Source: Balanoglossus misakiensis (Eukaryota; Animalia; Hemichordata). From it: a stretch of DNA of 64,000 nucleotides. Positions 52,101-61,100 of this stretch are shown here, piece after piece. The stretch's first letter is position 1, and each line of letters begins with the position of its first letter. The notes beneath the pieces are model-generated. The model had not been told where the DNA came from, did no database searches, and was given only the letters and a program-made list of their open reading frames with translations. Location: assembly GCA_040954595.2 (NCBI GenBank), contig CM082596.2:8569124-8633123 (forward strand), written 5' to 3'. The translations under genes and the position numbers were made by a program.

Positions 52101-55100
52101 GATGAGAGTGGAAACAGAACGCAAGAAAATGGAGCTTGAAACAGAACAGAAAAGGATGGACCGTGAAACAGAACACCGCAGGATAGAACTTGAAAAGTTG
52201 AAGGTGGAAAGGGAGAAAGAAAACAAGGCATTGGAGCTTGAAACAGAACAGAAGAGGATGGAGCTTGAAACAGAACACCGGAGGATAGAACTTAAAAAGT
52301 TGAAGGTGGAAAGGGAGAAAGAAAACAAGGCAATGGAGCTTGAAACAGAACAGAAAAAGATGGACCATGAAACAGAACACAAAAAGATGGACCATGAAAC
52401 AGAACACAAAAGGATGGAGCATGAAAGAGAAAAGATGAAGATGGAACTTGAAAAGGAGAAAATGGAGCAGAAACAGATGTTCATAAATCAAATAACAGCG
52501 ATTTATGAACTTCAGATAAAGAAAATCATGGACAGAGATGACCCAGATCTGATAGAACAGTTAGATAAAGCCTATGAGAAATATAAAGCAAGACTTGATG
52601 GAGTTGTGCAAGGCTCTTTATGGTTCTTACTAAGTTTCCTTTCGGAGGAAGACATTGATTATTTCTGGCAGAAATACAAAGCTGGAGAAGTTGATGAAAT
52701 GCTGAGTGGTATCCTAATAACATCCGATATGAGATCCTTAGCAGAGAAAGCTGGATGTGTTGTCAGAGTCAGAATGAAGATAGATGAAAAGGAGTATGAG
52801 ACTGTCAAACACATACTTCATGGTGAGTTATAGTTTTCACAACTATCATTATTGAATATCTTGAAGCACCAAATGAATTAGCAGACCATCCTACATAAGT
52901 TTTGCATGCTCTCACGGCCAAATGTATGCAATTAAAATGTAAATTTATTTTTGGAAGAATTTGGTGAAGTTGGAAATACACCTTTTTATTTCAGCGAGGT
53001 CTGCCAATAAAGACACAGCTGATGGTAACAAACAAAACCAGGTAAATAACAATCTGATTTCTAAGAGTAAACGGATAAGCACAAAGAGGTTTATGGAATT
53101 GATCCATACTGTTTGCTGTAAAAAGTTGTATGTCATATCAACACAGCTATATATTACAATATTGTGAAAACTTAATTGACAAATATTGGCCCCAAATATT
53201 CGATGAACTTCAACACTTTAAAATCATTCTCAAATTGCATGGTAACTGTAGCTATATTTTCTTAGGTGGCCATATACATTTAACACTGACACCCAGTAAA
53301 ATTTTAAAACCGCAAGGTCACATCCCCCAAATAAACAAATTGTTCATCATGATCATGAGTTCATTGACCAGAATATGTGACTGTGTGCCAGACACATTTC
53401 ACACAAAACCCAAACCTTTGTGGAATGTTGTTGTTACCAGGGTTTTATGCTTTTGGTGTGTTTTGGGGATATTTCAGGTACATCTAACAGACAGTGAATC
53501 TGGTAAGGGAACAACGGCTTCGCAGAAATATAATGACCCACAGGTAAGTAACTTTTGAACTGAAGTTAAAGCGCATAGCTCGTCTCACATGCATTTTCCA
53601 ACTGTAGCCGCTGGTTACAGATGTTTAGTGATCAGTCAATCCCATAAGGCAATGCTCTGTCCTAACAACAGAGAAGATGGCGGTGACCATAATCTGTGTC
53701 GGAGATCGGGAAAAGACACTTAGCTTGGGTGAAAATTTTAGGAGGGACAAAACCAGAATCTACTTATATGGTGCGCATGAAATATGGAAGGAAGCGAAGG
53801 CAGTCCACTATTTGAATTCATCGAACGGAAAATTTGCTGGGAAGTTACGTGCATGTGCATGAGACGAGCTACGCGCTTTAAGTCAGCTGGTTGCACAAGT
53901 GAAAAATAATCTGATCGAGAGAAAGTTTTTAACATCAAATTGTAACACCAACAGTTGCTTCAGAATAAAGTATAGTGAGATTTTTCGTGATGCCATTGTA
54001 CTATTTTTGATGGACAAAATACTTTGTGTATTGGGGATATTTCAGGTACATCTAACGGTCAGTGAAGCTGGTAAGGGAACAACGGCTTGGCAGGAATATA
54101 ATGACTCACAGGTAAGTGAGTTTTGAGCTGAATTCATAGGCAGCTGCTTGCTGCTGTAGTGAAAATATAGTCTGTCTGTCATGAGCGAGATGAAAACTTT
54201 AAATTGTAAGTCACACAAGTACGTGTTTCAGAATAATGTCATCATTCCATTGCACTCCTTTTTTATCTTGGTGAAGAGTATTCACTATGTTTAACCATTG
54301 TACCGGTATGATGTCATCTTGTTATCCACGGTGACGTCACAGTTTAATTGTGATTTTTCTATAATATTACTACTGTTTATGATTTCATATTGAGAATATT
54401 TTGATTAAACAAGTGTTGCCTGTTGATTGTTACAGGTTCTCATCAATGCCGCAAAGCATGGTGACATTGCAAAGATCCAGTCGCTGATAGCTGATGGATA
54501 TGATGTCAATGCAAGGGGTAAATTATACATGGACTATCGCCTGATCCCTGTAAGTGTTTATATTGGCCTTTTGTACAACAACAATCACACACAAGGATAA
54601 CTACACATATGAAACAGCAAAGAATTTGAATTCTAACATCAAATTTTCAAGACTATCTGTGCATCATATTCGGCCCATTATTGTACTCACCATCGTCAAG
54701 CAAAGATTGTTAAAACGTTCCATTTATTTATATTGGCCTAGCTTTTGTACACTCTGCATATCTGTGACTGCAGCTCACTGTAATGAAATTGCTAGAGGAT
54801 TTTATTCAAACGATCAAGTGTTGACACATATGAAATGTATCAGATTTGTGATGTCATTTTTATTCCAACCTTTAAACATCTTCATTCCAGTATTTAACAG
54901 CATTGCATGCAGCATCCTGGAAAGGTGGATTGGATACTATGAGTGTGTTGATTTCCCATGGTTCAGATGTCAATGCGAAGACTAGGGTACATAAACTAAC
55001 AAGTTATTACTTCATTAAGGACAAAGAAAATGGCTTCATGTGTATTTATATCTTTATGATCTCTGGATAATTTTGTTATTGACAATTATATAAATTACAA

Positions 55101-58100
55101 AACATTTGTTTTTGGGTCCCATTGGTATGTATCATGGGACCTTATGGGATCGGTTACGTCTGTATGTATGGATGTATGCCAGTATGGATGGATGGATGGA
55201 TGGATGGATGGATGGATGGATGTATGTCCGTCCACATCAAAAACTTGCAAACCGCTGCGTGTATCACCTTGATATTTGGTGTGCTGATGCAGGCTGGGCT
55301 GTAGATGGGAGTTTGTTCAAATGAAGTTGTCATTGTCAAAAATATGCAAATTAGCTGGAAAAATGTGAATTTGGGCAAAACTCAGTAACTCAAGAACTAC
55401 TGGTCAGATTGCTTTGCAAAGTGGTGTGTATTTACTTTATTGAGTTGTTTTAATTAGGCAGGAACTCTCCTGCTGTGTTTCATATAAACACAGCAAATTC
55501 CTGATGATTACATAACTGGCTAAGTTTTAAAAAGGCCAGCTGTTCTACCGTTAAAGTCATATTTGTAAACGCAGTTTTTTTACCAATGTTGCAAGTTTCT
55601 TATTGCTACAATGTCCGTGAAATCGGGTGCGTCTAATAATATGGCCTTATGCCAAGTTTCAAAACAAACTTTTTCTGTTCTCAGGAGAAGACATCGCCAA
55701 AAATCAGGTCAAAAACAAAGTACTTCCCAGTATGCAATCATACACTTCTACTCCTGCTGCATGACTTGTGTTCTTTCATTTTGCTCAAAAGTCTGAAGCC
55801 TATTCCTCATACAGTTCAAAAATCGTTTTACTCATACAAAGTTTGAGTTTTTGATATTTTCAAGTGTCATGTCTTGTCCATATATTCACCCCATAATGTA
55901 ATCTGAGACCTAGCGACTACTTCCACATAAACAATGTTGCAAATTAGTTACATGCCCATTGATAAAATGATACATGATGCACTGTCTGGGTCAACTAAGT
56001 CTGGGTCAACACTACTGAAGCCATGTGTCAATGGGTGACAAGGCATCAAATGTCAAAGTGACAGCCATTGAAAACTTCAACCAATCAGAGTAAATGATTT
56101 TAGAGGATAATTAATGAGAGGTCAACTACATGTCAAAGTGTATTCATATGTTAATTTCATGCATGTTTCATGGTTGTTGCGTTGACCAGCTGAGCAATTA
56201 TCAGCAACTGAGACAATGGAAAAGACATAGACCCATCAATTATGGGCAGTTGAGACAATGGAAAAGACATAGATCAGCAGTTGAGACAATGGCAAAGAAT
56301 ATCACCGTTAGTCTTTGGGCACTGAATGAAAGGGCGCATGTCCTGAGCAACACTGAAAAGGTTGCGTTCACAAATATGTACTTCTCCGTTTTTCCAAATC
56401 TTTGAATTTATGCCATTGCCACCTGCTCAGAAAGAGGGTGCGTTTATAATTATGGTTGCGTCTACAAATATGACTTTAACGGTATTTAGTGTATGTACAG
56501 TACAATGCCATTGGCAGCTTATGGGTCAGTCAGGGTTTGCCCATTGATCTCTCGCTACATGTACCCACGGTTACTAGAAGAAGACGGTTAGGAAACTCTA
56601 TTGTTAGGAAGGTGTGAACGAGGTGTTAGCTAGGAGAGTACATGTCCGAACCGCTATGTGGGGTTGTATTGGGGAACGTAGCTAATTTTTGAACCCCTTC
56701 ATCTGCCCTTTTTCGTCAGAGTACAGCGCCACTTTTTTTTGTACGAGTTCCATATAGGCTTATGGAGTGCACGGTCATAGTCTGTTGGGCTTGCGACACC
56801 CTACCATTGTTTCTTGGGTGGTTAAGTAAAAGTCCGGATTCAAAAAGCGTTGAATTTTGAACCCCTAGAATTCAACCCTGATGGTCGCATTTCTGTTTTT
56901 TTTAATATATTTAGATATTTTACACCTTTTTGTATTGCATGGGCTATTTCGTTTATTCCAATTGGAATATTTCGTTGAGATTGCATACCCATTTCGATAC
57001 AGTCGTTAACATTATCGATATAGCCTTTGGCGGCCATCTTGTTTGTTTTGGTTCGCATCGAATCTCTAGGGCACAGTCAAGACAAAGAATGTATGGCTTC
57101 ATCATGTCCTTGAAAGTTCAAAATTGTCATAAATGTGCTGTGACTTTATAAATTATCCACTCTCTGTTCTGTTTTCCTCAAATCTGGTGGTATACGTACT
57201 GTGCGTGCAAGCAATTCCGTAAACATGAGTATGGTTTGCTTTGGATTGTAGAGGTAATGACGTCATTTTGACCGAGCGGTCAGTTATTCTGTCTGTTTAT
57301 TCGTATGGCCAGGCTCGTTAGCACCTGATATCTTTCGTTTACACTAAGTGTTTACCGAGGCGAGCATCTAACAATGGAGAAAAAATAGTTTCCTAACCGT
57401 CTTCTTCTAGTAACCGTGATGTACCGTATGTGTGTGTGTGTGTATCTGTCTGTATATGGCCATGTACTCCGGTGTAGACTTTTTCTTGTGTAATCCCTCA
57501 ATGGGACCACCATGTCCTTGACGCGATTTTTAGAGTCTTCAATTAACACCATGTGTGGTTTGGTTAATTCTAATCAACATACAAACATTTGCTTGTCAGT
57601 TTGTTTTGTTTGTATGGTGAAAGAGACCTGACAGTACATTTTAATTTTTGTGACATTGTTCTCATGCTCCTCCTTCATTACTTACAGAATGGAGACACAC
57701 CTTTGCACTTTGCAGCAATATATGATGAAGGCAGTGAGAGATTGTTATTGGAACACAAAGCTGATGCTAACATACAAAACAAGGTAAATACAAACCTGAT
57801 TTCTACAGGTTATTGCTACTCAACATACAAACATTTGTTTGTTTGTTCTGTTTATTTATTTAAGGAGATCTCACAGTACATTTCAATTTTTGTGACATTG
57901 TTCTCATGCTCCTCCTTCATTACTTACAGCATGGAGACACACCTTTGCACTATGCAGCAGCAAGGTATGGTGATGAAGGCCGTGTCAGATTGTTATTGGA
58001 ATACAAAGCTGATGCTAACATACAAAACAAGGTAAATTCCACCATGACTTCTACAGGGTAATTCTAATCAACAAACAAACATGTATTTGTTTGTTTGTTT

Positions 58101-61100
58101 GTTTGTTTGTTTGTTTAAGGAAATCTCACAGTACATTTCAATTTTTGTGACATTGTTGTCATGCTCCTCCTTCATTACTTACAGGGTGGAGACACACCTT
58201 TGCACTCTGCAGCAAGGTCTGGTGATGAAGGCTGTGTCAGATTGTTATTGGAACACAAAGCTGATGCTAACATACAAAACAAGGTAAATACAAACCTGAC
58301 TTCTATAGGTTAATTCTAATCAACAAACAAACATGTATTTGTTTGTTTGTTTAAGGAAGTACATTTCAATTTTTGTGACATTGTTCTCATGCTCCTCCTT
58401 CATTACTTACAGAATGGAGACACACCTTTGCACTTTGCAGCAGAGGATGGCGATGAAAGCTGTGTCAGATTGTTATTGGAACACAAAGCTGATGCTAACA
58501 TACAAAACAAGGTAAATGCAAACCTGATTTCTACAGGTTATTGCTACTCAACATACAAACATTTGTTTGTTTGTTCTGTTTATTTATTTAAGGAGATCTC
58601 ACAGTACATTTCAATTTTTGTGACATTGTTCTCATGCTCCTCCTTCATTACTTACAGAATGGAGACACACCTTTGCACTTTGTAGCAAGGTATTGCGATG
58701 GAGGCCGTGTCAGATTGTTATTGGAACACAAAGCTGATGCTAACATTCATAACAAGGTAAATACAAACCTGACTTCTATAGGTTAATTCTAATCAACAAA
58801 CAAACATGTATTTGTTTGTTTGTTTGTTTGTTTGTTTAAGGAAACCTCACAGTACATTTCAATTTTTGTGACATTGTTCTCATGCTCCTCCTTCATTACT
58901 TACAGCATGGAGACACACCTTTGCACTATGCAGCAGCAAGGTATGGTGATGAAGGCCGTGTCAGATTGTTATTGGAATACAAAGCTGATGCTAACATACA
59001 AAACAAGGTAAATTCCACCATGACTTCTACAGGGTAATTCTAATCAACAAACAAACATGTATTTGTTTGTTTGTTTGTTTGTTTGATTGTTTGTTTGTTT
59101 AAGGAAATCTCACAGTACATTTCAATTTTTGTGACATTGTTGTCATGCTCCTCCTTCATTACTTACAGGGTGGAGACACACCTTTGCACTCTGCAGCAAG
59201 GTCTGGTGATGAAGGCTGTGTCAGATTGTTATTGGAACACAAAGCTGATGCTAACATACAAAACAAGGTAAATACAAACCTGACTTCTATAGGTTAATTC
59301 TAATCAACAAACAAACATGTATTTGTTTGTTTGTTTAAGGAAGTACATTTCAATTTTTGTGACATTGTTCTCATGCTCCTCCTTCATTACTTACAGAATG
59401 GAGACACACCTTTGCACTTTGCAGCAGAGGATGGCGATGAAAGCTGTGTCAGATTGTTATTGGAACACAAAGCTGATGCTAACATACAAAACAAGGTAAA
59501 TACAAACCTGATTTCTACAGGTTATTGCTACTCAACATACAAACATTTGTTTGTTTGTTCTGTTTATTTATTTAAGGAGATCTCACAGTACATTTCAATT
59601 TTTGTGACATTGTTCTCATGCTCCTCCTTCATTACTTACAGAACGGAGACACACCTTTGCACATTGTTGCAGCAAGGTATGGCGATGAAGGCCGTGTCAG
59701 ATTGTTATTGGAACACAAAGCTGATGCTAACATACAAAACAAGGTAAATACAAACCTGACTTCTATAGGTTAATTCTAATCAACAAACAAACAAACATGT
59801 ACGTGTTTGTTTGTTTGTTTAAGGAAACCTCACATTTATACATTTCAATTTTTGTGACATTGTTCTCATGCTCCTCCTTCATTACTTACAGAATGGAGAC
59901 ACACCTTTGCACTTTGCAGCAGCAAGGTTTGGTGGTATCGGTAAAGGCTGTGTCAGATTGTTATTGGAACACAAAGCTGATGCTAACATACAAAACAAGG
60001 TAAATACAAACCTGACTTCTACAGGTTATTGCTACTCAACATACCAACATTTGTTTGTTTGTTCTGTTTATTTATTTAAGGAGATCTCACAGTACATTTC
60101 AATTTTTGTGACATTGTTCTCATGCTCCTCCTTCATTACTTACAGAATGGAGACACACCTTTGCACTTTGTAGCAAGGGATGGCGATGAAGGCCGTGTCA
60201 GATTGTTATTGGAACACAAAGCTGATGCTAACATTCATAACAAGATAAATACAAACCTGACTTCTATAGGTTAATTCTAATCAACAAACAAACATGTATT
60301 TGTTTGTTTGTTTGTTTAAGGAAACCTCACAGTACATTTCAATTTTTGTGACATTGTTCTCATGCTCCTCCTTCATTACTTACAGAATGGAGACACACCT
60401 TTGAACTTTGCAGCAAGGTATTGTGATGAAGGCTGTGTCAGATTGTTATTGGAACACAAAGCTGATGCTAACATTCATAACAAGGTAAATACAAACCTGA
60501 CTTCTATAGGTTAATTCTAATCAACAAACATGTATTTGTTTGTTTGTTTGTTTAAGGAAACCTCACAGTACATTTCAATTTTTGTGACATTGTTCTCATG
60601 CTCCTCCTTCATTACTTACAGAATGGAGACACACCTTTGCACTTTGCAGCAGAGGATGGCCATGAAAGCTGTGTCAGATTGTTATTGGAACACAAAGCTG
60701 ATGCTAACATACAACACAAGGTAAATACAAACCTGACTTCTACAGGTTAATTGCCTTTACTAGGTCAAAGGTAAAGGACACACTGTTCACATACAAATTC
60801 AAGCATGCACAAAATCAAATCACATCTTGTTTGGCATGAACTGGAGGTGCTTTAATAACCAGTAACAACAAGAAAAACTGAACAATACTGATTTAACAAA
60901 GCACCCCACCTTTCTGTAGAAACAGGCAAGACAGAAAGGCAAAGTACAAAATACCATGATGAGGAAAATCATCAAATGGCAAAGTCTGAAACTGAACAGT
61001 ATAAAAGTCAGCTAATAGGGGGGGGGGGGGGGGAAACGACGTCAGGGTGGGAGAAAATGTGACTGGTAACAAAATGGCGTTCTGCAAGGCATCATGGGAG

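Noticed and set aside
57560-60750. CRISPR-like repeat/variable-spacer appearance; ORFs reading METHLCTLQQ
   Set aside because: Eukaryotic exon-intron units with GT-AG sites encoding ankyrin repeats; no cas genes; the METHLCTL ORFs are an off-frame reading
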